Source of the DNA: Eledone cirrhosa | Lineage: Eukaryota | NCBI GenBank assembly: GCA_964016885.1 | Contig: OZ024743.1 | Span: 123,876,001 to 123,940,000 of the forward strand | DNA: 64,000 bases | Reading direction: 5' to 3' | Shown here: one piece after another, positions 12,321 to 26,053 of the stretch | Layout: each line of letters starts with the position of its first letter | How positions within the stretch are numbered: position 1 is the first letter of the stretch | Notes under the pieces: generated by a model | The model's database searches: none | The model's input: the letters and a program-made list of their open reading frames with translations, nothing else | What the model was told of the DNA's origin: nothing | Position numbers and translations under genes: made by a program

Positions 12321-13878
12321 AAATGTAATTTTTTTTTATCAGATTTGTCTATATTCTAAGTACCTTGTATTTAAATCACATATGTCTTGTGTGTATTTAA
12401 ACATCTAATATATACAAATTGTGTGTTTTAAACTAAATCATATTTTAAAGACTATTATATCCCAAAGATTAATTCTAAAACTTTCTATGGAATACATGAA
12501 CTTCAAACTAGATTATTATTCTACGGTTGATAATCTCTTACACTTTGTTTCATTGGACAACAGCTCAGAAATACATACCCAGCAGCACTAAAATACATTA
12601 AACTATGCTTACTTATATCTAATTGGATTTAAAAGTATATACGATAAATGTGTAAATCCTGACGCTGAAATGTACATTGCTCGCAAAAGAATTTTATAAC
12701 TGGAACAGAACTATCAGTAAGATTAGTTCTGTCCGAAAATAAAACTAATCAGTGTTAACTACAGGAAATTTGATTAAAATTAGGCATGCAAGTAATTACC
12801 AACTTACAAGTAAATGTGTTAAAGAACATACGAGACAAATTTGAACATGCAATCACACATAACACTTCCAGAAAAGACAGCGTGAAGTTTCTATTGTTAC
12901 CAAGCATTAAAGACTTCGTCAAGCAGTAATGTATTCACAGCCAATATAAGTGATAATGATAAAAATGTCCCTAGAACAGGGTTAAGTAAGATTATTTTGA
13001 ACAACATGCTGGAAAATTATTGTTACAACAGGTTTCTTGAAACAAATTCAGAATAATGGGCAGTGCAAGCCATAAGCAACAAAGATAGAGATAGCTAATA
13101 ACGTACACCTGATAGTATAAGCCAATTTATACGCAAGAAACTATCAATAACAATCACATTACTATGGTGTATATCACCGACTTACTTGCCAGTTTTGACG
13201 GTTATACATTTGTGTTAGCATTTATTATGGCATTGGTCTTATCGTAGTGTCCTAAGATGATTATATGTTGAATATCTGAGTAATGTTTGTCACCCAATTT
13301 AAATTGGCTTCTTTGTGTAAGCATAAAAACTAATATTTGGAATTAGTTGCTGAACTTTCCTTCTTACACGTGTTGTTATCATTCTTCTCGTTGTTGTTGT
13401 TGTTGTTGTTGTTATGCAACCCCCTTCATCTCTTATCAAGTATATAGTCTGATTAACTTGTTGCGATCTACAAACCTAGTGCCTGACTGTAGACCACACT
13501 GCACATTTCACATGCAGTGTTATAATATAAGGATTGCAGAATGGAAACCCAGATATTTGCGGCATTTCTTCTACCATTTAGTAGATTGCCGTCTCAGCAA
13601 GGCTGATTTGATCAGAGGATGACAGTTGCTCTTCTGCATCACAACACGATGTAGAATGGTGTTTTAGTTATTGTCGTTGGATATCCCTATGGTGTCAGTC
13701 AAACGACTAGATGTAGTAGAGGAGGACATGCTGAACTCGACTCAAGCATGAAAGTTGCTGCTCTTGTGCACCAATTATTAATGTTGTGCATTCCAATTTA
13801 GTATTTGGACTAAAGAGGCTATTGGTGCTACTACTATTTGTATTAGTTTTATTTGTTTGTTTGTTTTAGTATTAAGAC

Positions 13879-14070
13879 CGGTGGTTTGGCAGTATCGGTA
13901 GAGCGTCGGACACCATGCTTTGCAGCATAAAGTTATGACCCTTTGCGTTCTGAGTTCAAATCCCGCCGAGGTTAACTTTGCCTTTCATCCTTACGGTGTC
14001 GATAAAATAAAGCAGCAGTAATGCACTGGGGTAATTGCTGGCCTTGTGCCAAAAGTAGAAACAGTATTAA
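13879..14070 (+). mobile_element. tRNA-derived SINE, full length
   Basis: Box A tggcagtatcgg, box B gagttcaaatcc, central gcctttcatccttacggtgtcgataaaat, 3' ggccttgtgccaaaagtagaaac. Confidence 0.9.
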
Positions 14071-14486
14071 CCAGTACTCAGTAAGCAGGATAGTATTTCA
14101 GAAGTTTTTTGAGGTGATGTGAGGGTGAATGCATACGTAGTGGCAGAGCTGTGAAATTGTACGCCACATTCAAGGATAAGGTGTACTCATCCCTTAACAA
14201 GGTGGTCGTTTATCTTTATTTTTGTATTGGTATACAGATGGTCCGCAGGCGTGTAGTCATTTTGCGGCCTGTGATAATGCGATGTACGCTGTTTGTGTAT
14301 TTGTAGTTTATTATGGTTTGTTGATGAGAGATTTAGGGCCAAACAGAACTGGTATAATCCATGATAGATTAACTATAACATTGGTACACTAATGTATCGT
14401 TTGTTTCTTTTTATGTCGGACTAAAGTGTTTGTATGTCGGTTTTCTTTCTTTACTATGTTTTCTATCTGTTATTTACTATGTCGTC

Positions 14487-14592
14487 CAAATCCCGCCGAG
14501 GTTGACTTTGCCTTTCATCCTTACGGGGTCGATAAAATAAAGTACCAGTAATGCACTGGATAATTGCTGGCCTTGTGCCTAAAGTAGAAACA
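14487..14592 (+). mobile_element. 5'-truncated SINE with 18-bp TSD
   Basis: gttatttactatgtcgtc at 14469-14486 and 14593-14610. Confidence 0.92.
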
Positions 14593-14883
14593 GTTATTTA
14601 CTATGTCGTCTGTATGTGGGTGGGTGTATATATGTGTGTCTACATTTTTTGTGTGTATGTGTGTGTGGTATGTTTATGTTGTTGAGTAAGATGGCAGGTT
14701 ATATTTGATGTTATCTGATGTTGGTGGTAAGAAGTGATGTGATGGTTTTAGCAGGTGCTACTTTACATCATCTGCTGTTTTTGGAGGCAATTTCTGAATG
14801 CTTTATGTAGGGTTGAAGTAGTTGGGCAGCTGTGTCTGGAGAATGGTGGAAGGGCGTGAGTGTAATATCATCTGCATGTGAGG

Positions 14884-14919
<36 letters not shown>

Positions 14920-15779
14920 TTTGAGAAGCTGTAAGAAGGTCATGTGGGTACTGGTTAAAACGAATAGATAAAGAGACGGATCTTTGTAGTATCGCATTCG
15001 AGAAATTGCATATTCTAGATGTGTTGGCGATCAGAATATAAATTTGACAGCTCGTGTTTTGTTTTTCACCAACATATGTATAAGTGGGTAACGGGAAACG
15101 ACGTCGAACTCTTTGCTGATGTAAAGGAGGAGTAGAATATTTGAGAGTAATAATATTTTTCTTGTATTTTTTTTTTTTAGATGTCATTTAGTTTTTGTGT
15201 AAAGTATGTAAGTAGTGTGGTGGTTGAGTATAGCCATTTGAATTCGTGTTATGATTGGGAGAAAAGAATGGGTGAGTTAATGTTATCAAATATGAGTCTT
15301 TCTAAAAGTTTTAGCGAGCACATAGAGATGTATGCTTATATGCGATGGTACTTACTTCCCTTGGGAGTTTCTAGTATTTGTGTGATAATGTAGCTTGATT
15401 TCCAGATTCAAGGAGTTTGGTTGTGCTGATATGAGTAGTTATATTTGTTGATAAATGCATTATTTATTTTCAGCCCTCATTTTCTTGGATGTATGGTTAT
15501 AATTTGTCAGGCTTTAAAGCTTTGCGAGTTATGTTATATATAAATGTTCACCAGCTTCTGTTTTTCTATGATTTATTTCCTTGGTTATTTCCTTTATTAA
15601 TTTCTTGATGCTGAGTTTCATTTCAGTTGTGTTTATTATTCATATATTCACTTTAAGGTTGCCTAGTTCCTTTGCGTAATCAGAATTGTATTTGTAACAC
15701 TGCGATGTGCAGTATCATATATATTTGATACATGATTATTTTCTTAAATATATGTTGTGTATCTGTGTTGCTGTTATTA

Positions 15780-15985
15780 TCGTTCAAACCCAGTTCAGAT
15801 CTTACTCGGTAGACATATAATCAAAGGTGTTCCATCTTTCAGTATCCAATGTTTCTTTTTTCCGAGGATAGTATACCTTAGACTATATTATTAAGTGTAT
15901 CCAGCCATTTTTAAGACAGTATGATACAACTTTAATTATATTTAGCTGCTATTTCTAGCAGACCTAGTTACAACCTAAGGTCTTT
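15780..15985 (+). repeat. Dispersed repeat with gctgctatttctagcag motif
   Basis: Related segments at ~3770-3930 (-), ~21720-21862 and ~22710-22785. Confidence 0.5.
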
Positions 15986-16455
15986 TCTTCTTCAACGAAA
16001 ATATATACGGGCTCTTTTTCATATGCAAACAATCATAAAGCTTGTGAAAGTGTTTATGTTTTCCTTGAGGTATGAGTAAGTTGGGTTGATAATAGAATTT
16101 GGGAATTGTTTGTCATGTGGTTGTGGCAGTTAGATATGTAGAAGAGAAGGTGGCGTTTGGGAAGGAGTTGTAGTTAACTTGGTGAGTTATGAGAGGGAAT
16201 GTGGATTGTTTAGGATATAAAGGGAGTTTAGTTATATTACTATTGAATCATCTTTTGTGTTATTTGTCCATTGAGGTCTCCTCAAGATATGGTGTTTAGT
16301 AGTTGGTATCGGACGATTTGTGAGGTTGAAGGTAGTTTATATATGTTTAGACGTCGTGCTGTTTGACTTTTCCAAATATAATGCATTTCTAATGTGTTAT
16401 ATTGACACACATTTTAGTATCTATGTGCTGGGTGCAAGTTTTTATAAATATAATA

Positions 16456-16750
16456 CAGCTGTTCCCCGATATTCGCGGGAGTTACGTTTCTAGAGCACAC
16501 GCGAAGAGTGAAAAACCGTGAATATTGGACGTGGTCCATAAAAATGCATATAAACGTCAAAATATGACGTTAAATATAATTTAATAAATTAGCGTTAAAA
16601 ATATATACATTGCCACGAAAAATGCCATAAAAACATCGTGGAAGATATTTACGATTCTGCGAATATGCGGTGGCTTCCACGATCAATTATTATAAGGCTC
16701 TAACGAAAATTCCGCGAATAACCGGGACCGCGAATGTCGGGGATCCAGTG
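16456..16750. mobile_element. pogo/Tigger-like MITE
   Basis: TIRs cagctgttccccgatattcgcgg / ccgcgaatgtcggggatccagtg, with TA on both sides. Confidence 0.8.
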
Positions 16751-16795
16751 TATATATATTCCGATGTTTTCATCATTATTTGATCTTTTTTATCA

Positions 16796-17331
16796 TCTCT
16801 ATATATATAAAACAGAGGATGTCGGTCTGTGTAAATCCCTAAAGCTCGAGAAGTACCCGACCGATTTTTTTCAAACTTTACACATGCGTTACTTATATTT
16901 CCTGAAGTGCAATGGGCTAAAAAGATTTAACTTTTTCTGCCCTAGGGCCCGCATTAGGCGAAACACCACATTTTAAAGGCATTTTTAGGCTTTTTTGAGA
17001 CGTAACTTAAAGATAATTCCTCGAAATTTGCAGCACACATTAATTAGTCCCCTCGCATTGCTGTGGACAAAATAAATTCCGATTCCATTAATGGTTTCTA
17101 GTAAATTTACGAATTAGCATTGGGCATTACATACCATTTTCATTTTCAATGTAAACGCTATTTAAACATCGTAAGTAACGTATAATATTTCGTTAAAAAT
17201 TTGGTTTATTTAACAGAGGGCACAACACTTACTTACTTTTAAGCAGGACCATTTTCGGGGGATTGAGGAAATGAGGAGGACCTTAAAATTTTTGTCGGCG
17301 CCCTGTTGACGCTTCATGCTTTCATCACGCG
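16796..17331 (+). mobile_element. 3'-truncated copy of the Helitron at 272-1529
   Basis: a|TCTCTATATATATAAAACAGAGGATGTC start; colinear with ~401-900. Confidence 0.8.
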
Positions 17332-17659
17332 CAAATTATAGGAAAGGAAATATATAGAAGTTCATTTAAAAATTTCCTTACTTTACTCGGACAAAGCATA
17401 TATTTCTATATTTGGTTCAAGTAGAGTTAAGTTTTATCAAATATCTTATAAAATATTAAACTCTACACGCCTTCATTTGAATTTAATATATCCCATTCAT
17501 GCATTGGGCTTCCGTCGGTTTCTATCATGAGTGTTCCTTGCTCAGGAAATTAACTTGAATTTAAGCATTTCACAGGGATGTATTCCCTTCATGGATATTG
17601 AGCATGACACAGTATGTGACAGTGCTGGTCCTTTAAATTAATGGTACAGTCCATCTGAT

Positions 17660-17833
17660 GGCTCCCAACGGTTTCCAAACAGTTTCTGTCTACTCAGTTT
17701 CAATCACGTGACATGTAACTCCTCTGCAGTTTCCGTAAATCAAATTTCATTGACAAAGTTGCCAGTTGCCACGATATTGGAGTGAACCACAAACCACGTG
17801 GTTATGGAGCCAACTCCTTAACCACACAGCCAT
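17660..17833 (-). mobile_element. Diverged second tRNA-derived SINE family
   Basis: Minus strand head tggctgtgtggttaaggag...gtggttcactcc with box A/B-like motifs. Confidence 0.5.
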
Positions 17834-18057
17834 ATAGATATAATTGAATGTCAGATATTTTATTTATCAAAATACATCATTTCGGCGCAAATGACTGGAC
17901 ACAGTATAAAAGATGGTACCTCCAGCACTCCTCTTATTTGGTCGCAGATTGTGATAGCAACAACTGCCGTCTGTCATTCCTAGCCATACGCCAGTGAGTA
18001 AGATAACCTGTCATATATATCCCTTACTCTTTCGTATAACTCTTCGCTCACATTGCT

Positions 18058-18059
<2 letters not shown>

Positions 18060-18098
<39 letters not shown>

Positions 18099-18099
18099 C

Positions 18100-18164
<65 letters not shown>
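18060..18164. repeat. (CT)n microsatellite
   Basis: Seen directly. Confidence 0.95.
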
Positions 18165-18167
<3 letters not shown>

Positions 18168-18441
18168 AATATGTATATATATATGTATGTATATCGCTTT
18201 CATGTTTACACGGCCATCTTAACTCACAGTTTATTATGTTCAATCTTTCATATCATTCAGCTACATACAAACATCTTGTAGTTCACAATCTTTGCTGCAT
18301 TCAATTTGTTTCATTATTCTTTTGTTAACCTTCAACAAATCATCAGAATGTAGTTTCAAATCCGACATTTGACGAATAAACAACACTATTTTACACAACC
18401 TTTTATTTTCTCTTTTCACTTTTCGTCAAACATAAATAGAA

Positions 18442-18793
18442 CTAGCTGACGTACCCAGCTTCGCCCGGGTAAACAGATGATAAGAGAAGACAGGTAAAAG
18501 AGAAAATGACTGTATTGGATGTTTGTCTGGTTACAGTATGAGGCGAGTCCGTGGTTATTGTGTGATACCAAAAACAGATATACCAGATTATACCAGATTC
18601 TTCGTTGTACCGTTTGTGCATAGTACATGAACAATTCTAGGTGCTCCCACCTAGAATAGTGACCTCTAGGAGATGGTTCATCTTCTGCCTGTCTGTAAAA
18701 CGTGTATCATTGCATAGACGTGGTTGTTCCACGTTTCTCAAAAGGATGATGGAAGTTCCAATTTTTTATATTATATGTAGATATAGATATAGA
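18442..18793 (-). mobile_element. Non-autonomous Helitron (alternative 5' end at 19331)
   Basis: Minus 3' end ACCCGGGCGAAGCTGGGT hairpin + CTAG|t at 18442. Minus 5' end a|TCTATATCTATATCTAC at 18793; another a|TCTATATATT start at 19331. Confidence 0.7.
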
Positions 18794-19409
18794 TAATTAA
18801 TATAAAAGATGTCCGTCAATGTTAAAAAAAGGTCCCTATTTACTCCATTCACAACTCTGTGTATGTTAGACTGATAGACAGGCACACAGACAGATAAACT
18901 GAGTGGCGATTGTGGGATGCCGCACGTATACACACATACACGCATGAAAACGCACACACGCACGCAAACTTACACACACGCACACACTCACACATGTTGA
19001 TAGTTTTTACTTTCTGTGGAACGCTGCACGCACGCACACACACATAAACATACGCGCACGTACATACACACGCACACATGTTAATAGTTATTGCTTTCCT
19101 TCCCCTCTTTTTCCACACACATCACACACACACACACATATCTCTACACTGACACATATACATAGTGTTCGCTTTGCCTCTCCCTCCCCTCTCACTCCCT
19201 CATTGGCATTATGCATATTAATTTAAGTTTGGCGTCGTTGAGGTGGGCGGAGTCGTTTGAAACCTATGAACCAATGATAATCGAGAATTATGACACACGG
19301 AATAATGACATTGTTGAAATTAATATATAGATGAGTATGGAATGAAATTTGACCGAGGACTTTTCGAACGTTCTTCATAGCTTGTACAACATAATCTAAA
19401 GAACACACC

Positions 19410-19577
19410 CTATACCACACAGCCTATACCACACAGTCTATACCACACAGCCTATACCACACAGTCTATACCACACAGCCTATACCACACAGTCTATACC
19501 ACACAATCTATACAACACAGCATATACCACACAGTCTATACCACACAGTCTATACAACACAGCATATACCATACAGC
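19410..19577. repeat. 14-bp minisatellite (ctataccacacagy) x ~12
   Basis: Seen directly. Confidence 0.95.
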
Positions 19578-20100
19578 CTCAACTAGATATTATCAAGTTC
19601 TCACGGCAACCCAAATTGAATCTCCGCTACGTTCAATCGTACTTCTCTTTAGATCAATTTTGCTTCAGATGTATTTCCTTAATATTTAACTGAAAAACGG
19701 AAATGGTGTTTCCTCTATAAATACGAGGCATTTCTTCAGTATTTTCAAAGTAAAGCAATATATGTTGGATTGTGGATAAATAACATTTTATATGATACAT
19801 GCCATTAATAACCTCGAAAGAATAACTAAGGTCTCATCCTCTAAAAATATAGGACTTTTTTGTACTAGAGAAAAGTAAACAAAACATATAACAAGACTTC
19901 AATTATGTTGCTGTTATATGAAGTTACCAACAGAGGTTTGTGCTGCTATTTACAGGTTTCAATTTCGTTTCTCATATGATATTCAAATGAATTGTGCACG
20001 TGATGAGAGGGTTTAAGTTCTGTAAATATATATCATAAGTTTACTAGGCTGTACTGCAATAATATATTATTGTTAGTGTATTACATTAATATGATATGTG

Positions 20101-20101
<1 letters not shown>

Positions 20102-20190
<89 letters not shown>
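20102..20190. repeat. (TG)n microsatellite
   Basis: Seen directly. Confidence 0.95.
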
Positions 20191-20192
<2 letters not shown>

Positions 20193-20599
20193 AATGAATG
20201 TTTTAGCTTTTTTTGTATTGGCTTATGTTAAACTTTTAATGTATCATATAGCGTAATTCCGCTTCATTCATAACTCTCTCGCTCACCCCACTCACTCTTT
20301 CTCTCTCAGTATTTGGTGATGGGTTATTCCCACACTCTTTCTGTATGGGCTTTACTGAGAAAATTGTTAGTTATCTTTCCTTCAATTGTCGTCTTTTATT
20401 TTTTCTACGATCTTATTAGTGCTGCTCAATGATATTCTCCATTATATCACATTTAAACTGCAACAGCAATTTGAAAAACCTTGAACTTAATCCGATACCT
20501 TGGTTTGAGATTTGCTTAGTTTTTGCTTTCTATTTTTGCACGCTGTTAAAGTTATTACATAATGGAGTTGAAATAACTGATACTTGCTTTATAATAAAA

Positions 20600-21120
20600 C
20601 TAGCTGAGGTACCCGGTAATACCCGGGAGCGGGGATATTCCCAGTTCCCATTAAATGCTCAATGCCTCTCAGACCAAAGATGAAATCAAAATATAGGACA
20701 GATAATGAAAAGCGAAGACAAATTCATTTACGAAACAATAATACAAACAAATATTGTTGATTGCATTGGTCAGGCGAAAAAATGTTTGTCAAAGAAGTTG
20801 AGTGTTGCTATAAGGGAAAAAATAGAGCCCCCATTAGGGTGTCTAATATTATTGAAATTTGCTGAAATTTTGTGAATAGGCATCATATCTTGTCATTTAC
20901 CTATGGTTTAAATTTCATATAAATCGAAGGGAAAAAGTTTCAGCGGAGGTTTTGTGCCCCCGGGATACCATTTGATTAAAATGAAATATACGTAAAAAAT
21001 CAAATGGGCATGGGCCCCACACACATGGCAAGTTTCATCAAGATCGGTTTGGTAGTTTTTGAGTTTTAGGTTCACAAACAAACAAACAAACAGACAGAAA
21101 TTGCCATTTATGTATATAGA
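20600..21120 (-). mobile_element. Non-autonomous Helitron, both ends intact
   Basis: Minus 5' end a|TCTATATAC at 21120 followed by (TTTG)n. 3' end CCCGGGTATTACCGGG hairpin + CTAG|t at 20600. Confidence 0.78.
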
Positions 21121-21179
21121 TTCTTCATACATTAGTTTTCAGGTGTTAAGATTCCAGCGAGGAAGAATTCTCAGTACAT

Positions 21180-21480
21180 TGACATGAGACATTATATTAC
21201 ATCCCTTTGAATCCTTTGCAAAACATCAGATAGATGCTGCCTCCTGGTCCCAGCAAACAGAATGCAAACAGAATGCGTTAGTCCGGATCATAGCGAGGGA
21301 GATGCGCTAAAATAAAAGCCAGTCCAACTTGCGGGACTCGTTCTTGCAGCTGGCCATCTCTGATTCAGGAACCTAGAGCGCTAAATGTTTCCACCGCCAT
21401 GTGTTCAACAATATACCTATCGGAGAGTAGCCATTTCTTTGACAGATAGTGATCTTTAACCTGTCGGGAACAGGTGTATT
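21180..21480 (-). mobile_element. CRE-clade-like non-LTR retrotransposon 3' remnant
   Basis: LSDRYIVEHMAVETFSALG and WLLF*RISLAMIRTNAFCL resemble the CRE C-terminal AVET.G..G and FQR.S.A..RGNA motifs. Confidence 0.6.
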
Positions 21481-21954
21481 TATGCGCACACACACAAACA
21501 ACCTCACGCAAGCCCTCCACACACACACATACACACACCCCAAGAGGTATATATCTTTTTTTTTTAATATGTAAAAAAGCAACATAATATAATTTGGAAC
21601 CGAATTCTAGTATTTCAAATATTAACTCTTCCAAACATGGTGTCTTACGTTTTAAATAAGATATTGTTGCTGTTGCTGTTGTTGTTGCTGCTTCTGCTTC
21701 TGCTGCTGCTTTCGCTGTTGTTGGGATTTAGTCCCAGGTCACCAAATTGCTAGTCATTCTCTCCCTTTCCGTTTTTCATAGCGGTATATAGTGAGATACA
21801 AAGAAGATTTAGCTGGGGGTTCTAGTAGATTAAGCAACCATATAGATGGTCAATTGTTGGCTTGAAAATACATCGTCAACAGTAGAGAAAATTGTTGTTG
21901 TCCTCGTCGTCATCGTTGCTGTTTTTGTGTTTGTCGTTGCCGTTATTGCTGCCA

Positions 21955-22133
21955 GGCAGTATCGGTAGAGGGTCGGGCGCGATGCTTTGGAACAAAGAGT
22001 TACAGCCCTTTATGGTCTGAGTTTAAATCCCGCCGAGGTTAACTTTTCATCCTTATGGGGTCGATAAAATAAAGTACCAGTAATGCACTGGGATAATTGC
22101 TGGCCTTGTACCAAAAGTATAAATAATTATTAT
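21955..22133 (+). mobile_element. tRNA-derived SINE
   Basis: Same family as 13879. Confidence 0.88.
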
Positions 22134-22172
22134 CGTCGTCGTTGATGTCGTTTATCACCAAGGCAATCATGA

Positions 22173-22174
<2 letters not shown>

Positions 22175-22252
<78 letters not shown>

Positions 22253-22254
22253 AC

Positions 22255-22318
<64 letters not shown>

Positions 22319-22466
22319 CGAAGGAAATGTGGTAAGGAACCAGGTGGACCATAACGCACCAAAGTACTCAATATTTAGGATAGTAGAGTGGGTAATTCTG
22401 GACTAAATTTAGTCCAGAATTAGCCGTCGAAACGGCTTGAGCTCAGCCGTCGGGGTCCTACTCGTT

Positions 22467-22511
<45 letters not shown>

Positions 22512-22616
22512 GTATTTATGTATATATATATATATATATATACGTATTTATGTATATATATATATATATATATATTGTTATACTTTGGGAGGGTCATGTT
22601 GCCAAATTCAGAAACG

Positions 22617-22648
<32 letters not shown>
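22175..22648. repeat. (TA)n/(TG)n arrays enclosing short unique spacers
   Basis: Seen directly. Confidence 0.9.
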
Positions 22649-22650
<2 letters not shown>

Positions 22651-23216
22651 ATGTATATAAATTACTATATTGTTCAAAATGTTGTAGCTCTTCATCGTTC
22701 AGTAAATTACCTGGGATTTTAGGGAAATATGGTTGCTATTTCTAGCAGGTTGAGTGACAACGTAGAGGCTCCCTTGTTGGCTCGTTTCATGAAAGTTAAT
22801 TGGACGGATGCAATGACAAAGCAGCTGTCGACGTGTCAACGACGATTGCCAGTACTGTCAGGCTTCTGTTTAGCTTTCCTTTCTTACTTTAATCATCGCA
22901 CCTTGGCAACCAACAATGTTTAGGTATCTCTTTATGCTCTCTCATACTCGCAACATAGAAACCGAAACTGTTTACTGACTCATCTAGGGAATATGAACCT
23001 GTTGCTATGACAACGTTACCCGGTGTAATTATGGTATGAAAATAATCATTTACTTTTGATTTACGTTCGTAATATACTACGTTGGCGTATACATGTGTTT
23101 TTGTTTTTGTTTTGTTTTCTAATGTAACTTAATAGCTATATCCATACAGACCTTACAACTGATATCAACATACATTTGCGTACAGATTTTAACTTAATAA
23201 TAATTATTATTATTAA

Positions 23217-23370
23217 TGCTTTGCAGCATAGAGTTATGGCCCTTTATGATCTGAGTTCAAATCCCGCCGAGGTTAACTTTGCCTTTCATCCTTACGGGGT
23301 CGATAAAATAAAGCAGCAGTAATGCACTGGGATAATTGCTGGCCTTGTGCCAAAAGTAGAAATAACTATT
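23217..23370 (+). mobile_element. 5'-truncated SINE
   Basis: Same family as 13879. Confidence 0.88.
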
Positions 23371-25320
23371 ACTTCTTTATTAGCCACTAGGTCCGAAACA
23401 GTGAGGACAATACAAAAACAGTAACAATGGGGATTTACATATATGCGTGTAAACAATAATAGCAGAAATCCCCAATAAGAGGAGGATCACCTGGGCGTAG
23501 ATTAGAAACCCTTAGATCTGAAACCACTCTTATCACCAAAAGCATCATCGGAAGGAGCCACTCTCCTCTCTAAACACTCCAGCCAACAGACGTATGGTTA
23601 GAGTAGGCCCATCCACTCGGGCTATCCTCACTACATACACCTACTTTTTTAACAAATGTACAACACTTTCTTCTCCACCCTCACCTTCTTTTCCAATTCA
23701 ACGAGGGTTTAGTTGAAGAGGAAAGTGTTTGTCTCCAGTTCTTTCAAACGCGTCCACCTCACAATCTCTATCGCTACAGCCACCAGACAGACAAAAACTG
23801 CCTACCCTTCCCGGCCAAAAGAAGACGGCGGGATGAACTTCACGATGGAGTCGGTCGATAGCCGGATCCGTCATATGATAATGACTGTTCGACAAAACTC
23901 CACAAGTTGACAGAGCTCGGACACTGGACGAGTGCGTGCAGAACGGTTTCATCGCTATGCACACATCTCGGACGGATCCGTCTGACAACACTTCCGTGTC
24001 TGCAGAGTTGGTCTCAAACTGGCAAATTCCCCGGTAGCACTGCCAAGCCAGGGTTTTCTGGAAATTCCCCATAGTTTCTGAAAAAGACTGGTTAATTTGG
24101 TTTTGTTGACGCCCAGAGCTTTTTCGAGAAGGTCGTTGTAAATGCACCCCACTAGTCCTCTAGAGAACACTAGAGTGTAATTTCCATTGGTCGTATTGTC
24201 TGGCTGTGAGCGTCTGACAAAATTCCAGATGCGAGGCACCCAGTCTTGGTCAAAAACAGCAGTTCAGTCAAAAGACCTGTTTCGCAAATGGTAGCCACAC
24301 CTGCATACCTGTTCATTATTTAGGAATACACATAGATGCAGAAGCCTCAGTGCATGTTTGCGTATCATCAGCCATGACATGCAAAACCCTCCACGTAAAG
24401 GGTGTTGGCAGCAGATGGACTGTCTGACCATTGGAACCTGTCTTTTCACAAGAATTTGAAGAGCAGGTACCCCCAATTTGGTGAGACATCCGACATTTCA
24501 GGAATAGCTTACTCTCTGTCCATTTCTGGGTGGTTGTGGCCACCCTGCTCATTACCTCGTCCTAGCGTTTATCTATGTGTAGGTCTGAACCAAACCAGAC
24601 CCCTCGCAACTTCACTGGTCCGTCCAGCGTCTGAACGGAATGGATGTGTCTCTCAAGGTGCCAAGCTGCAAACCCACCGACCTTTCTGGGATGATCTTTG
24701 CTCCTATCAACCTTCCATGTTCCTCCAAGAAGTTGTCGACCACCTCAATTTCCGAGGTGGTCGATGCTATCGCAGCTCTTTTACGTCCAGGTTCGACTGG
24801 GTGTCCTGTGACAGCTACAGATTCTGCAGCAATGGTTCGAGTGTCTATACGTACAGAAGGGAATAGATAGGGCATCCTTGACGGACGGAATGCCTGATCT
24901 GAAACGGTTCCAATAGGTAGCCATTTACTTTGACCACCGCGCAGATGCCGCTATGCATTGCATCGATCCAGCTACTGAAGAGGAGAGATGAGTAAGCTAC
25001 CTTTAAGACTGTCTCCAGATATCGATGGTTGACCCTATAGAAAGCTTTCGATTGATTTAAATTGATCATAGTCCCAATGAAGCCAGGTTTACTCCCCACC
25101 CTCTCTATAATGCATCACATGAGGTGAAGATTGTCGTCTTTCCTCATCAGCGTTACTACGCTCCGACTCACAGAACTGGGAACTCTTCTGCTCTTCCTGC
25201 CAGGTGCAGTAGATTATTTCGAGAACATCAAAGAACAAATATCACATGTCTACGTAAAACTCATAAAGCATACCATCCAAACCTGGCAATTTAAGCCTCG
25301 TACAGGTTGAGGAAGCCCCG
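23371..25320 (-). mobile_element. Decayed L1/Tx1-like LINE ORF2 (RT + C-terminus)
   Basis: INLNQSKAFYRVNHRYL (DQSKAFDRV motif), VKVNG...SVRQGCP, C-terminal KTLAWQCYRG and C..C..ET..H-like segment; AATAAA at the minus-strand 3' end near 23375. Confidence 0.8.
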
Positions 25321-25837
25321 TCTATATCTAACCAGTAGCCTCTAGCCTCCACTACTAGTTCTTACTCCGTACCAGTAAGGGTTGTGATATTCTAGGTTCC
25401 AATTGTCAAGGTTTAATCCCTTCCGTATTCTCATTGGGGTCACGGGATACACAATCCCTGGCTGAAGAGCATCTTGGGTGGCTAAATATGTCGCACAGCA
25501 TTACTGAAACAAATGTAAATTTAATCAAAGAAGGAAGAAAGATGTAAAGATGTGCTAGAGAAGGACCAACGAACCCCACCTAAAAGATATTTTATATATG
25601 ACTTGTCTCTATCATACAAAATAACGCTGGAAGTAGGCGTGAAAGATGCAATCAGTGTTTGGAAAGCAACTATAAGGCTATGATGTAGGAAGCTGACAAG
25701 CAATACAAGTCCTGAATAACAACGTCTAAAATAACAACAAATCAAAACGGAAAAATCTATGAAAATTGACGCATGTAACATTCATAAAATATATTGATCA
25801 TTGATATATTACAAGTGTTCAAATTATGAAACCGCTT

Positions 25838-26053
25838 AGGGCGGTGGATAGGCAGTATCGGTAGAGAGTCGGATACCATGCTTTGCAGCATAGAGTTATG
25901 GCCCTTTATGATCTGAGTTCAAATCCCGCCGAGGTTAACTTTGCCTTTCATCCTTACGGGGTCGATAAAATAAAACACGGGGTCGATCAAATCGATACCC
26001 CCCCCCCCCCCCCCAAAAAAAAATTACTGGCCTTGTGCCTATATAAAAAAAAC
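25838..26053 (+). mobile_element. SINE (long variant) with 15-bp TSD
   Basis: attatgaaaccgctt (25823-25837) / attatgaaatcgctt (26054-26068). Confidence 0.9.

Larger units (their letters stand above)
14080..16440 (-). mobile_element. Decayed LINE (I/Jockey-group-like) RT remnant
   Basis: Minus strand ILQRSVSLSIRFNQYPHDL (QGSVLSP.LFN-like) and SHADDITL (YADD motif) at ~14860-15000, split by (TA)n. Boundaries approximate. Confidence 0.65.

Noticed and set aside
13879-13970. tRNA gene
   Set aside because: Box A/B belong to multi-copy SINE heads; no cloverleaf or acceptor stem.
18295-18352. Minus-strand CTGATGA with tttgtt/aacaaa stem
   Set aside because: GAAA is not adjacent to stem II and no proper NUH/stem I arrangement follows.
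19410-19577. CRISPR-like array (also considered for 62104-62390)
   Set aside because: No unique spacers, no cas genes, eukaryotic context.
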